Shown here: positions 41,472 to 55,240 of the stretch, one piece after another
Layout: every line of letters starts with the position of its first letter
Position numbering within the stretch: position 1 is the stretch's first letter
Assembly (NCBI RefSeq): GCF_006345805.1
Contig: NC_042999.1
Coordinates: forward strand, 24,118,001-24,182,000
From: Octopus sinensis
Lineage: Eukaryota
Direction of reading: 5' to 3'
Length of the DNA: 64,000 nucleotides
Notes under the pieces: model-generated
Databases searched by the model: none
What the model saw: the letters and a program-made list of their open reading frames with translations, nothing else
Told to the model about the DNA's origin: nothing
Program-made: the position numbers and the translations under genes

Positions 41472-42247
41472 ATATATATATATCCTTCAACATTTCAGCT
41501 GTAAGATCTCTTCCCTGAAGACAGAGGCTCGTCGCATCCTACGATGGAATCAATCTACAAACATTATTTTTGACTCTCGAGCCCCCAGAAACAGCTGTCG
41601 GATTTGTAATACTTTTCTTCGACCCCTTTAATTCTCTATATCGTTTGTATTTTGTGTAAGTCAGACCTTTTTGTATGTATACATATATACATTATTTGTA
41701 TTTCGCGTATTTAATATACTTTATGTATTGATCCGTCTAAGTTGCTTATCCCTACATTTACTTAAGTGTTTGCGTGTGTGTGTGTGTGAGTGTGTGTGTG
41801 CGTACCTATGCCCGTGTGTTGATGTGCGTGGAAGCATGTATGTAGTCATAACAATGTAAGTAATCAGTAATACACTTCAACTTGACCGCATCGTATTAAC
41901 CATCAACCGACCACAATAACTATTAATGGTTACTTGTTGTAGTGGATGGCCGAAATATCTTTGCTCCGCGTTACAATTCATGTTGGTATTCTCGGTGGCC
42001 CACGAACGTATCAAGATACTCTTAAAATCAGCTTCACTATGAAAGATAAGCAAACGCAGGCGTGGTTTTGTGATAGAACTCTTGTTCCCCAACCACAAGG
42101 TTCGGGGTTCAATATCACTGTGTTATAGCTTGGGCTGCTACCTTCCACTATAGCCTCGGGCCGACCAAAATCTTGTGAGTGAATTTGGTAGACGGAACCT
42201 GAAAGAAGCCCGTCGTATGTATATATATATGTGTGTGTGTGTTTGTT

Positions 42248-42318
<71 letters not shown>

Positions 42319-42539
42319 TTTGTGTCTGAGCTTGTCCACATCCCTGCCGCTTGACAACCGGTGCTGGTGTGTTTACGTACACGTAACTTGGCTGTTCGGG
42401 GTTGATACATTCTACAAAAACTTTCTTCTAGTGACTGAAGCAATTAAAAGGCAAAAGGTAAGACTTAAGCTGATTTTAAGTTATACAAGTTACTAAGGCC
42501 CTAAATGTGAACTCTTTCCTTGTATATATATAGGAGTGT

Positions 42540-42702
42540 CAGGAGTGGCTGTGTGGTAAGTAGCTTACTTATCAACCACATGGTTCCGGGTTCAGTCCCA
42601 CTGCGTGGCATCTTGGGCAAGTGTCTTCTGCTATAGCCCCGGGCCGACCAAAGCCTTGTGAGTGGATTTGGTAGACGGAAACTGAAAGAAGCCTATCGTA
42701 TA

Positions 42703-42733
<31 letters not shown>

Positions 42734-42740
42734 ATATATA

Positions 42741-42800
<60 letters not shown>

Positions 42801-42992
42801 CTGTGTTTGTCCCCCTAGCATTGCTTGACAACCGATGCTGGTGTGTTTATGTCCCCGTCAACTAGCGGTTCGGCAAAAAGAGACCGATATATAAGTACTA
42901 GGCTTACAAAGAATAAGTCCCGGGGTCGATCTGCTCGACTAAAGGCGGTGCTCCAGCATGGTCGCAGTAAAATGACTGAAACAAGTAAAAAA
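42540..42992 (+). mobile_element. SINE family A copy (older diverged copy at about 42055-42400)
   Basis: Matches the family A head, body and tail. Confidence 0.85.
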
Positions 42993-43769
42993 TATATATA
43001 TAACTAAGTTCTGTGGCTGCTGTTGATAAGTTGAGTCAATTGTAATGCTGATGACGCCTTCTGAGGTAGAAACGCATGTCTACAACTATCTTCTTTCCTC
43101 CAGGCAATAAGCTTGTCCTTTTCCATAATGGCATTTCAACTTTGGAGAAATCCTTAATTCTTGAAACCTTCTCCCCTTCTAACATGGATTTGGTCTTAAT
43201 TGTCAGTTGGAAATTATGATATAACGTCTAGAGGCGGATATAGTTTTCATAAAGCAAAGAATTTACTTTATAAGTTAATTGATATACATCAATTTGCCTG
43301 TGTTGTTCAAATATCTACCACTTTTTCTTTAAGCTGAATTATTTCTTTAAGCTAATCTTTGCTTAAATAATTTCCTTTATTAAACTGTGAACGGAAATTA
43401 GACTTTTCATATGCTCCCCGGGTTGTAAACCTCTCGAGTAGTTAGAAATAGCAATCAACATTTTTCAGATCAGCTTTTTTATAATACAAAACGACGCAGA
43501 AGAAGAAAAAAAAAAAACGAATGCAAATAATATGTCAACAAGGGACATAACTTTTATATTTTTACAGGAATTATTTCCCGTACAATTCAAGGGAGAAAAC
43601 TCGTCCTTCGCCACATTACTGTTTGCTATTGAATCGATATTTTTGTCTGGAATACGTTGTGCTACGGTCACAATGGAGCGCTTCCTTGAAGGTCTTATTT
43701 CAAATCTACTCCAGTACTTTATTGTTAAAGCCTGGTACTTACTCTATCGGAATATAATGGCGAACTGCT

Positions 43770-44640
43770 ATAATGCAGCGATTGTTATGATGCAACGATG
43801 GTTATGATACAGAGATGGCTATGATGCATTGAAGTTTGTGACGCAGCGTTTGTTATGACGCAAAGTTTATGACACGTTTGTTATGACGCAGCGATTGTTA
43901 TGAGATACTGATTGTTATGAGGCATGCATAGTTATGATGTAGTGATTGTTATGACGCAGCGATAGTTTATGACACAGCGGTTGTTATGACGCAGGAATAA
44001 TTATGATGCAGCGATTGTTATGACGCTGGGAGTGTTATAACTCAGAAATGGTTATACTGCACGGATGGTTATGATGTAGGGATGGTTATGACACGCGGAT
44101 GGTTATGACACAGTGATTGTTATGACACAGGCATCGTTATGACGCAGGACTGATTATGATGTAGTGATTTTATGGCAAAGGGATGGTTATCATGAAACGA
44201 TCGTTATGACGCAGTGATGGTTATGATACGGCGATGGTTATGACGTAGGGATTCTTATGACGTAGCAACTGTTGTGACACAGGTATGTTTACAATGTACG
44301 TATGGTTATAACACAGCAATGGTTAGAACGTAGGGATTATTATGCGGCAGGAATGGTTATGGCACAGCAATTGTTATGACACAGCGACGGTTATGGTGCA
44401 GAAATAGTTATGGCGTAACGAACGTTATGACGCAGCGTTAATTATGACACAAGGATGTATTATGATGCAGCCAAGGTTATGACACAGGGAAGACTAGAAT
44501 GCAGCGATTGTTATGACGCAACGATTGTTATGACGTACTGATTGCTGTAATGCAAGGGTGATTGTGACATAGGGATGGTTATGACACAGGACGGTTTATG
44601 GCGTAAGAATTGTTATAATGCAGCGATAATTTTGACGCAC
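43770..44640. repeat. Degenerate 17-bp minisatellite (about 50 units, consensus near gttatgacgcagcgatt)
   Basis: Recurring gttatga(c/t)(g/a)cag motif at about 17-nt spacing. Confidence 0.9.
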
Positions 44641-45749
44641 GCTGGGCTCTGGTACTATCATGCTCTATAGCTTCGGCTTGTCTACAGCGCAGGTGTAGCT
44701 ATGGCACTCGCATGGCAATGACACAATTAGGTTAGACAGAAATATTACAAGGCTACAACAGAAACATTACAAGGTCAGAAATATAACTGTAGTTGTTTTT
44801 CGGATGTAGATGTAATTTGTTGGTTGTTTAAAAACTACCGCCTAGCGTACTTCATTCCTTTGCAAGCATTCAAACCGGAAATACACGGTCTAAGATAACT
44901 CGATATCTAGAGGCACTGCTTCCTACTGCAACAAGCTCAGAGCTGTTCGTTGTTCCACTTAACTTCCTCCTCTTCATTTGTGCCTGAGGTCGTACAGAAG
45001 ACCATGGCTGCTTCACTTCCTACTCTGTTAAAACCATTAATGATAATCGTCTGCATTCTATTAAACACCTTATAAAACCTTAGTTCTTGTTAACACTTAA
45101 ACGGTGGATATCAGCCATTGATGTTTCATTAGAGAACAGCTGATGTCATCAATTGGCGTTTCAAAACTTTTACATGGACATCATCAATTGATGCCCAACC
45201 GTCTACTTCGTCAAACTCCCCTGTTTATGTGTGTTTGTATTTGTATGTGTGTGTGTGTGTGTGGGAGTGTCTCCATATGTGCACGTGATTATACGTGCGT
45301 TCAGCCCACTGCATTGGTTTTCTGTATCACCAACTGCATTTAGAGAATGCGAATCAGTTTGCTGTATAGGTGACCTATGTATCTATAATATAAATTGGAC
45401 ATAGGCGAGCGTTGTATTCTTTCTTGTCTTGAGGTTCACAGCAAAACGGCTCGGTGGATTCGTGTGGAAAATGGCACACATGTGAAGACAGGTGCATAGA
45501 TTGGAATGCAGTTTGTATTTTTCTCCTAGCCCCCATACGTACCGAGAAAGTCGACCTGAAGCTGTTTTCTGACAGGGAGGGGGGAGAAATTTTCATACAA
45601 CTAGAAGCTCTAATCGAAGCAGGGGACCCGAAATGATAAGGTTGAGAAACGCTGTTATAGATTATACCTAACCGAAAACGTTCACACCCACATCATCCAA
45701 ATAGACCGGGTGAAACCGGGTTTAACTGCTGGTATACATATATACGTCT

Positions 45750-46057
45750 GTCTGTCTGAGTCTATGCATTTCTTCAATTAAAAATTATATAAAGCATGGT
45801 GTTTTTTAATACTTAATGGACATCATCCATTAATGTTTCGTTTGAGAACAGCAGACGACACCAATTCATGTGTCAAAAATTTTACATTGAGACTGCAATC
45901 ATGCGTCTGTCTGAGTCTATGCATTTCTTCAATTAAAAATTATATAAAGCATGGTGTTTTTTAATACTTAATGGACATCATCCATTAATGTTTCGTTTGA
46001 GAACAGCAGACGACATCAATTCATGTGTCAAAAATTTTATATTGAGACTGCAATCAT
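45750..46057 (+). repeat. 155-bp near-perfect tandem duplication, with a diverged related copy at about 45090-45220
   Basis: gtctgtctgagtctatgcattt...gagactgcaatcat starts at both 45750 and 45905. Confidence 0.85.
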
Positions 46058-46489
46058 CAATTGGCGCCCGGTCGTCTGCTTCGTTAAATACTCCTTCGCG
46101 TCAAGGACCCTTATCCTTAGGAGAACTCAAATCGCAAATGGAATATTTATTTATACAACAACGAAGAAGATTTCTTTATGACTTCCTGTTGTCAACAGAT
46201 AACGATGATGTAGATAACATACAAGAAAGTAATACTTCAACTATCTCTGGATGGAAAAGAAGTGCAACGATTTTTCTCCATTTTGTACATTCGTTCGGCA
46301 ACAACGCGGAAAATTCAAATTAATTTGAACTCAAATGGTTTTATTACCTAATTGTCATTTGTTTTTAAAATACCATTTTCAAAGTTTTAGCACCTATTCT
46401 CCTGTGTGTGTGTATTATTGTGCGTGTTTGTATGTGTGTTCTCGTGGAAATAAGTATAAAAATTACCTTCAGAAATTAAAAAAAGAAGC

Positions 46490-46524
<35 letters not shown>

Positions 46525-46544
46525 TATTATTATTATTACTATTA

Positions 46545-46588
<44 letters not shown>

Positions 46589-46650
46589 ACTATTATTATA
46601 TTATTATTTTATTATTATTATTATTATTATTATTGTTATTATTATTATTA

Positions 46651-46681
<31 letters not shown>

Positions 46682-46823
46682 GCCCGCTCATGCGCACTTT
46701 CCCGCTGTTTAAGGGTTAAACAATTCAGATTATTATTTATTTTGACCATCATTTTCCACTCCTCCTCTGCCTCCTGCACAACATCATCGTTATCAACGTC
46801 GTCCTCGTCGTCATAACCACCAC

Positions 46824-46870
<47 letters not shown>

Positions 46871-47322
46871 ACACTACTACTGTGCACAGTAGGAGAATTT
46901 TATTTAGCTTTCTCTCTACGTGTCGTCTCTGATTCTGTTTTCTTGATACCGCCATCTGTCAATCTACCTGCTTATACGTCTGTCAGTCTATCTGCTCCTC
47001 CATGTACGTACGTAAGTATGTATGTCTGTAATGTCTGTCTGTCTGTCTGTCTGTATGTGTATGTATGTATGTATGTATGTATGTATGTATCCATGTATGT
47101 ATCCATGTATGTATGTATGTATGTATGTATGTATGTATGTATGATGTATGTATGTATGTATGTAATGGATGGATGTATGGATGGATGGATGGATGTATGG
47201 ATGGATGTATATATGCATGCATGTGTGCTCGTGTATGTATGTATCTATGTATGTATGCGTGTGAATATGTATGTATGCATGTATGTACGTATGTCTACTA
47301 TCTTGTCACTCTGTCGTCTATC

Positions 47323-47354
<32 letters not shown>

Positions 47355-47376
47355 CTCTCTCTCTCTTTATATATTT

Positions 47377-47430
<54 letters not shown>

Positions 47431-48070
47431 TGCATATATATACTATATACATATACATATATGCATATATACCCACTAACAGCAGAGTACCATTTTTACA
47501 TAACGTACCTACTTAACTCCGTCCCGCAGACAACAGAGAAAAAAAAAATTTCATTCGCAGAACCTTAACCAAACTAATGACAGACAAAAGCTATTCCCTT
47601 GAAATCTTTCAGAATTCCATAACCAAATGTTATACGGCGGAAGTGCTGATGAACGTATGGCTTTTCAGTTTTCCTTTTTTCTTTGCGGCAGTTTGCCTGC
47701 AAATCCTGCAAATTTCCGGTACAAGTTGTTATTAAAACTGTTACCCACCTACTTAATCGCCATATCATAAATGAAAATAAACTCCCACATTGTAATGATA
47801 TTTAAAGCTGTCACTCACATGTTCAACCTAGCTTTCAAATATATTCCTGCGTTTCCTTTGCTGTTGTTCATCAGTGATTTTACGTGTAAAAGTACAGTTT
47901 GATTCTCTCCAGTTCCCCTGACGCTACCGTTATTATTTCGATAGTCGGTTTTTTTTTTTTATTCGGGAGGGTCCGGAACCTGTGTCTTTCACACATACAC
48001 ACACATGTATGTATGTATGTGTATATATACATATATAAATATATATATAGATATATATATATATATATAT

Positions 48071-48150
<80 letters not shown>

Positions 48151-48160
48151 GATATAAAAT

Positions 48161-48191
<31 letters not shown>

Positions 48192-48561
48192 TAGATATAC
48201 ATACATATTACCTACTACATACATGCATATATACATACATACATACATACATACATACATACTATACACATGCATACATATATACATACATGTATATATA
48301 CATATATATATGTATATATACATACATATATATAATATATATATATATATATATACACATATATATATATATTTATGTATGTATGTATGTATGTATGTAT
48401 GTATGTACGCATGTATGTGTGTGTATGTGTGTATGTGTGTGTAATTTATTTGAATTGGAAATTTTGGCAAAGGAAGACCAGAAGAGATAATTTTCGTTAC
48501 TTGGTGTTGTTGTTATTGTTGCTGCTGTTTTTGTCGTTATTATTAACGTATATTTGCTTAC

Positions 48562-48593
<32 letters not shown>

Positions 48594-48606
48594 CATCATC
48601 ATCATT

Positions 48607-50372
48607 GCCTTTGCACAGTTTCTAATGCTGGAGATGTACTACAGTGTCTGCTGTTCACTACAAGTGAACTAAGGTAACACCTCTTATTTTTCAAGCACCT
48701 TCCAGAGTATTCCAGCGGTTCCAAGCAGTGCTGCTTTCTGCAAGTGCTCCACCCTTATTGCAGCCCCTGTTTGTTCCACTTACTTATCAAGATTTTTGCT
48801 CACTGTTCCCAGGGCTCCGACAGTTATTGGTACTACTGCTACCTTTTTCATCGACCACAACTGCTTAACTTCCCAAGCTAACCTGTCATGTCTATCGACT
48901 TTTCTTTCTTCCTTATCGCATACCTTGTTGTCAGCTGGGCATGCTATATCTATGATCCAACATAGTTTATTTTCTTTCTCACTTAAGACTATGTCCGGCT
49001 TCCTATTCTCAATCTCATGGTCGCACTGAATCATAAAATCCCATAGGACCCGTATCTAGTTAGCAACTTCCTTGTCTTTCTGTCAAAGCTATTTAGCTCG
49101 TCTACTGTCCATGCTATTACCCCTGCTCCATAACTAAGGAGTGAAACTGCCAGGTGTTGATATCTTCGATCTTATTCCGTCCATTTAATTTCGACTTTAG
49201 GATCAGTCTCAGTCTGCGCAAGTACTCCACCTGAAAATTTTCTCTCATTTCTTTCTCCATCAATGTATCCATTTCCAAAATCCTCAAGTACTTACAGCCC
49301 GTCTCTTCTATCTGCTTCATAACCTTCCCCGACGGTATCGTTAGCCCGTCCATACATTTGATTTTGCCTCTCTTCAAGACTAACACACCACACTTTCTCA
49401 GTCCGAACTCCATTCTGATATCAGCACTGAAAGTATACACCGTATCAATGACAGAACTGACTCGGGCTTCATCTTTACCATAAAGTTTGAGGTCATCCAT
49501 GAATAAAAAATGGTTGACTTTTTGTTGGTGGCTTTTGAATACATACCCAGCCTTTGCTTTCCTCAGAATCAGTGTTAGTGGTATCAATCACAGTACAAAG
49601 ATCAGTGGGGACAGGCAGTCCTCTTGGAAGATTTCCCTCCTAATTTCTACTGTCCCTAAACTTCTTCCGTATGCTGTCTGGTCCGTCCTCCAATTCGCCA
49701 TACTTTTTCCAAGCAATCGCTCAACATTCAATGCAATACCAAATAGGTTCATACATTCCATAATCCAAGAATATGGGATCATATCGTACGCCGTAAGATA
49801 GCTGATCCATGACATGGCTAAGTTACTTTTCCTCCTCTTGCAGTCTCTAAGTACAGTTTTGTCAATCAGGAGTTGATCCTTGGTACCTCTGCATTTACGC
49901 TTGCAACCCTTCTGCTCATGTAGCAGGACTCCATTTTTTTCCAGACGTTCGTACATTGACTGTGCGACTACTCCAGTAAATAATTTACACTTCAGGATAT
50001 CTGTCTGTAATTGTCTACCGTATTGCCTTTTTCGATGAACAGCGCTGTCTTACCCAATGTCAACCACCCTGGTGTTATTTGGTCGGCATTTAACAAGGTG
50101 TTGAGTTGCGCAGCTATTCGTGCATGACATTCATCAAATCTTTTGATCCAGTAGAGTAGCCTTGAACTCCATCTGGTCGCGGGGCCTTTCAGTTGCTCAT
50201 TTTTTTGCTGATTTCCTTCACTTCCCAAACTGAAATGACTAGTTCTGCCTGTTTTGGACAGACTACTGTTTGTTTCAGTTCTTGCAACCATTCAGCATCC
50301 TTCTTGTGCTCCTTGTCTTTACTCCAGATGTCACTCCAAGACCTTTGACTTTCAATGTTATCTGATATCAAC
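48607..50372 (-). mobile_element. Decayed RLE-type non-LTR retrotransposon (RT + restriction-like endonuclease; R4/Dong-like)
   Basis: RT motifs [37 protein letters not shown]; RLE motif RKPDIVL...IIDIACP; C-terminal LQKAALLGT; frameshifts; flanked by (TTA)/(TCA)n. Confidence 0.9.
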
Positions 50373-50404
50373 TATTCATCTTTATACTCTATCATCATCA
50401 TCAT

Positions 50405-50446
<42 letters not shown>

Positions 50447-50466
50447 TATTATTATTATTATTATTA

Positions 50467-50502
<36 letters not shown>

Positions 50503-50503
<1 letters not shown>

Positions 50504-51192
50504 TTTTTTTTTCTTCTTCTTTCAAATTTGCTATCATTTCTTGCCGAGTGTCTCCCGACTCCTAGGGCAAAGAAACTCATAGTATACATTGGTAGGCCAT
50601 TAAACCAAACTCAGTAGTTCGTTCATTTTTTTTTTTTTTTTTAAAGTTAAATTAAAATACATGAGCAGCAACAGTTCTCACATCGACAATGCTCTTCTCA
50701 ATACGTGTGATGTACCAGTTAAGACAATCTTTTGCACTTCTTGCAGGATGGTAAGCGAGGGATCATTCTCATATAATTTTCGGTTCCCTTCTTGATCATT
50801 CCTAGTGCTCCTACGATCACTGGTATTGTACCGCCTTGAGATGCCACATTTTCTCAATTTCAATGAGTAGGTCTTTATATTTTCTGAGCTTGTCAAACTC
50901 TTTCGCGAGATATTATGATCACAGGGGATGCTCATGTCGATCAATAAGCAAACTTTATTGTTTTGGTCTTTCACAACAATATCTGGTTTATTGGCCTTAA
51001 TGGTTCGGTCTGTATGTACTGGAAAGTCCCACAGAATGGTTACATTTTCTCCTTCAGTTACAGCCTCAGGGTGGTGATTATACCACTTGTCGGCAGTTTT
51101 GATATTGTAATGCCGACTTATTAGCCAGTGGAGATATTGGCCAAGTCTGTCATGTCTTAATTTATACTCCACTGGTGCTAAGACTTTACATT
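50503..51192 (-). mobile_element. RLE-type LINE 3' fragment
   Basis: YKLRHD...TILWDFPVHTDRTIKANKPDIVV...LIDMSIP; same family as 24038-24395. Confidence 0.88.
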
Positions 51193-51635
51193 CTGAAAGA
51201 TTTCAAGGGAATAGCTTTTGTCTGTCATTAGTTTGGTTAAGGTTCTGCGAATGAATTTTTTTTTTCTCTGTTGTCTGCGGGACGGAGTTAAGTAGGTACG
51301 TTATGTAAAAATGGTACTCTGCTGTTAGTGGGTATATATATACATATATATATATATATACCCACTAACAGCAGAGTACCATTTTTACATAACGTACCTA
51401 CTTAACTCCGTCCCGCAGACAACAGAGAAAAAAAAATTTCATTCGTATACATTGGTAGGCCATTAAACCAAACTCAGTAGTTCGTTCATTTTTTTTTTTT
51501 TTTTTAAAGTTAATTAAAATACATGAGCAGCACAGTTCTCTCACATCGACAATGCTCTTCTCAATACGTGTGATGTACCAGTTAAGACAATCTTTTGCAC
51601 TTCTTGCAGGGATGGTACGCGAGGGATCATTCTCA

Positions 51636-51735
51636 NNNNNNNNNNNNNNNNNNNNNNNNNNNNNNNNNNNNNNNNNNNNNNNNNNNNNNNNNNNNNNNNN
51701 NNNNNNNNNNNNNNNNNNNNNNNNNNNNNNNNNNN
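51636..51735. other. Assembly gap (100 N)
   Basis: Run of N. Confidence 1.
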
Positions 51736-51914
51736 GACGTGTGGAGCGTTATGGTTTTTGTGTAAAAATCTTGCTTTGTAACGGCGTAGCTTTGGGTTCA
51801 ATCCCACTGTGCCACACATTGAGCAATTGCCTTCTATTATAGCTTCTAGTCGACAAATACCAAGTGAGCGAATTTGGTAGATGGAGACTGTGTGGAAGCC
51901 TCGTATATATATAT

Positions 51915-51954
<40 letters not shown>

Positions 51955-53594
51955 TATACACACACACATATACACACGCACAGACTCACACACGCCACGC
52001 GCGCACACAAGCATCTATGTTTCTCTGCGTGTGTCTTTTTGTCTGTGTTTGTCTTTGACCGCTTGACACTCCTTGTTGGTTTGTCTACGTTCACATGACT
52101 TAGCTCTTCGGCAAAAGAAACGACAAAATAAGTACCAGACTTCAATAAATTCGGAAAAGTATAGGCATAAGAACTGGGGTTGCTATGTCCGATTAAAATC
52201 CCTTCAAGATGGTGCTCCAGCATGGCTGTATTTCAAAGGCTAAAACTAGTACAAAATAAAAGGCAGATGATAAATGATAACATAAAACTCTATGATTTAC
52301 TTGAAATTCCGAAACGAAAGCGGAATGTTGTTTACTAAAGAGGCTGTACTGAAGTGGTCTCAGAAACAGGAAGTCCATAATTTCTCCTGTCATTAAAGCT
52401 CGTAATTAAAAATAATTAAATAACTATAAGTTATCTAAATGCTCTGTTTTCTCTCCTCTACACGGGAAGTTCTTTATCGCTCTGTAGTGAGCAATATTTC
52501 GTTTTCAAGCCGAATGCATAAACACGCGCATGCGCACACACACAGACTGACACACACGTACACAAACAAACATACACACACACACTATGTTCGCGACATG
52601 TAGGTTATGTGTGAGTGTGTGTGTGTGTGTGTGTGTAAGTACTACATTTGCAATAAATGTATATATTCTTTTATACTCTAGGTACAAGGCCCGAAAGTTT
52701 GGGGGAAGGCAGTCGAATTTATCGAACCCGAAAGGATGAAAGACAAACGAAATACCTATTTCTTTACTACCCACAAGGGGCTGAACACAGAGAGGACAGA
52801 CAAAAGGATTAAGTCGATTATATCGACCCCAGTGCGTAACTGGTACTTATTTAATCGACCCTGAAAGGATGAAAGGCAAAGTGAACCTCGGCTGAATTTG
52901 AACTCAGAACGTAGCAGCAGACGGAATGCCTATTTCTTTACTACACACAAGGGGCTGAACACAGAGAGGACAGACAAACGGATTAAGTCGATTATATCGA
53001 CCCCAGTGCGAAACTGGTACTTATTTAATCGACCCCGAAAGGATGAAAGGCGAAGTCGACCTCGGCGGAATTTGAACGTTTCTGCCAGCTCGCCGCCTTA
53101 AATTTATATATTATCGATAATATTAGACGCATAATTTGTACAGCAGAGAAAAGGTAAATATAAGAAAATATTCGATTCAGCCAAATGGTTTCGGGTTCCG
53201 ACCCACTGCTCGGTACTTGAGCAAGTGCTTTCCTAGAGTGACCAAAGACTTATGAGTGAATTTGGTTGACGAAAGTTGTGTGGATATCCGTTATACAGTC
53301 GCCCGCTGACACTCGTTGACGCAACATCGAAGAGGCCAGGGAACAGAAGAAAGAAGAAGGAAGATGACATGCACCTAACACCAGAGCTGAAGACACCTCC
53401 GAAAGGAGGGGGCCCCGCCACGTCAAAATGGTAGAGGAGTAGGGGCCGAAACCGGACGTGGTTCCTCCTGATGATGTCTTGAGCTAACTGGATCCTATAA
53501 AGGAGTACTTGTGGTAGCAGACTACGAAACACGGTTGAAATTCCTCCTTATATGTTTTAGCCCTAAGGCTGTGGCCATGCTGGGGCACCGCCAG

Positions 53595-53662
<68 letters not shown>

Positions 53663-53849
53663 CCATGTGACTTCATATAATTCGCGTATCCTGCTTTTGG
53701 TAACAGAACATGATCATATATAATACATATTCAATGTTCAGTTTTGACTACAGTTCCAATTGTTCCTGAATCATCTTTTCCTCCTAGGCATTGCAAACCA
53801 GGCCTAACAGCTCTCTCCACTTGTTCTAATCTAGAACGTCATTTTCCCA

Positions 53850-54150
53850 ATCACTTTTGCTCATATCTAGTTCCTACGTGTATCATATATCACAAAACTT
53901 GTAAGAAAATATCTGGACTTAAAAGACATATGCTAGTTCACAAAACATTCCTTCAGAATCAAATTCTAAAGGGCAAAAGATGTAGATGAAACCTGAATAA
54001 TACCTGTCACTTGTGATATTAAACCCTGTCAGTCAGCATCTAGTCTTAAAAGTCATCTAAGGGCTCATCAACGGACTGATTCTGCTGTGTAATGTGATGT
54101 TGTGTGTGTGTTGATGAGACAGCTCTCATCTGCCAAGGTGAGGCAATCAT
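53850..54150 (+). mobile_element. Decayed LINE 3' end with two C2H2-like zinc fingers (RTE-like)
   Basis: CKKISGLKRHMLVH and CQSASSLKSHLRAH, then stop, short UTR and (TA)n tail; frame broken between the fingers. Confidence 0.5.
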
Positions 54151-54169
54151 ATATATATATATATATGTG

Positions 54170-54830
54170 TGGAAAAAAAGTCAAGATAGAAAATGCTAAA
54201 ATAATTTTATAAAAAACATTTCAGTACCGATTTCAGTCATTGAGACTTTTTCAACTCTAAGTATGGAAAACAATTCAATTTTGGAAAAAATGAATGAAAA
54301 GACTTTTAAAAGAATATTCGCATAGTATTCAAATACAAGGGGCATTTTTCTTGTTTCTGCCTGTCTCTGTCTCTCTTGTTTACACTTGTGGGTTCGAGGT
54401 CGATGTGAATTCTTGGCAGAGAAGAAGAAGAAGAAGAAGAAGAAGAAGAAGAAGAGGAAGGAGGAGTTGTAGGTGGAGGAGAATAATGCGGGAGTGCTAT
54501 GATAGTAGTACGATGTTAAATGGTCAAGTGCCCTGAAAGTGACTTGTTGTGGATGGTAGTAGTGATTGAATTCTTGAGACATCTCTTTTGAATGTATTGT
54601 TTATAATATTTGCGTAGGTGTTATTCTAAACAGCAATGGTAGTAAAGTAAGGAAGGAGGTGGCGGAGAGGAAGAAGACGAAGAAGAAGGAGAAAGAGTAA
54701 AATAAGGGAATGCGGGGTGTAGTTACTTCTATTTCCAACCAACGATTGGTCCTCGTTGTATTTGTCGTATAGCTCCTCAGCGAGTCGAAATTTTCTACAG
54801 AATTCCGTGGTGTCTTCTTTCATTTCATCC
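54170..54830 (-). mobile_element. Penelope-like element remnant
   Basis: [14 protein letters not shown]...NRSNYTP resembles the pre-RT region of Penelope-like elements; degenerate hammerhead-like stem (agtc...gact-gaaa) near 54225-54255. Confidence 0.4.
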
Positions 54831-55050
54831 TACTACTTTGTATGAACTTAAACCTCCAAACACACACCGCCATAAAAAGGAAAAGACAGGCCAAATCTAT
54901 GAAAAGTCTCCACAACGACCCACTTTTAGGTCACTTGACCATGTATGTACATATATAAGTATACATGCATATACTTATATACGTTCATATATATATATAT
55001 ATATATATATGATATACATATACATGTATATATATATATATGATATACAT

Positions 55051-55082
<32 letters not shown>

Positions 55083-55196
55083 AAAGGTATTTGCATGCGT
55101 TTACATATGTATGTATGTATACATATATACATGCATATATATATAAATGTATTTGCATGCGTTTGCATATGTATGTATACATACATACATGCATAT

Positions 55197-55240
<44 letters not shown>

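Noticed and set aside
43770-44640. CRISPR-like appearance of the tandem arrays (also 1710-2660)
   Set aside because: No unique spacers, eukaryotic context and no cas genes.
46678-46955. Poly-Gly/poly-Ala ORFs over (CCG)n
   Set aside because: Trinucleotide repeat in a low-complexity tract; no convincing exon boundaries or domain.
47500-47900. Possible exon(s) of a second gene (64-aa ORF 47574-47768, donor-like sites)
   Set aside because: No recognisable domain and no phase-consistent partner exons; part of the region is involved in the gap-side duplication.
53850-54090. Host C2H2 zinc-finger gene
   Set aside because: No TGEKP linkers and the frame is broken; the layout matches a LINE C-terminus plus tail.
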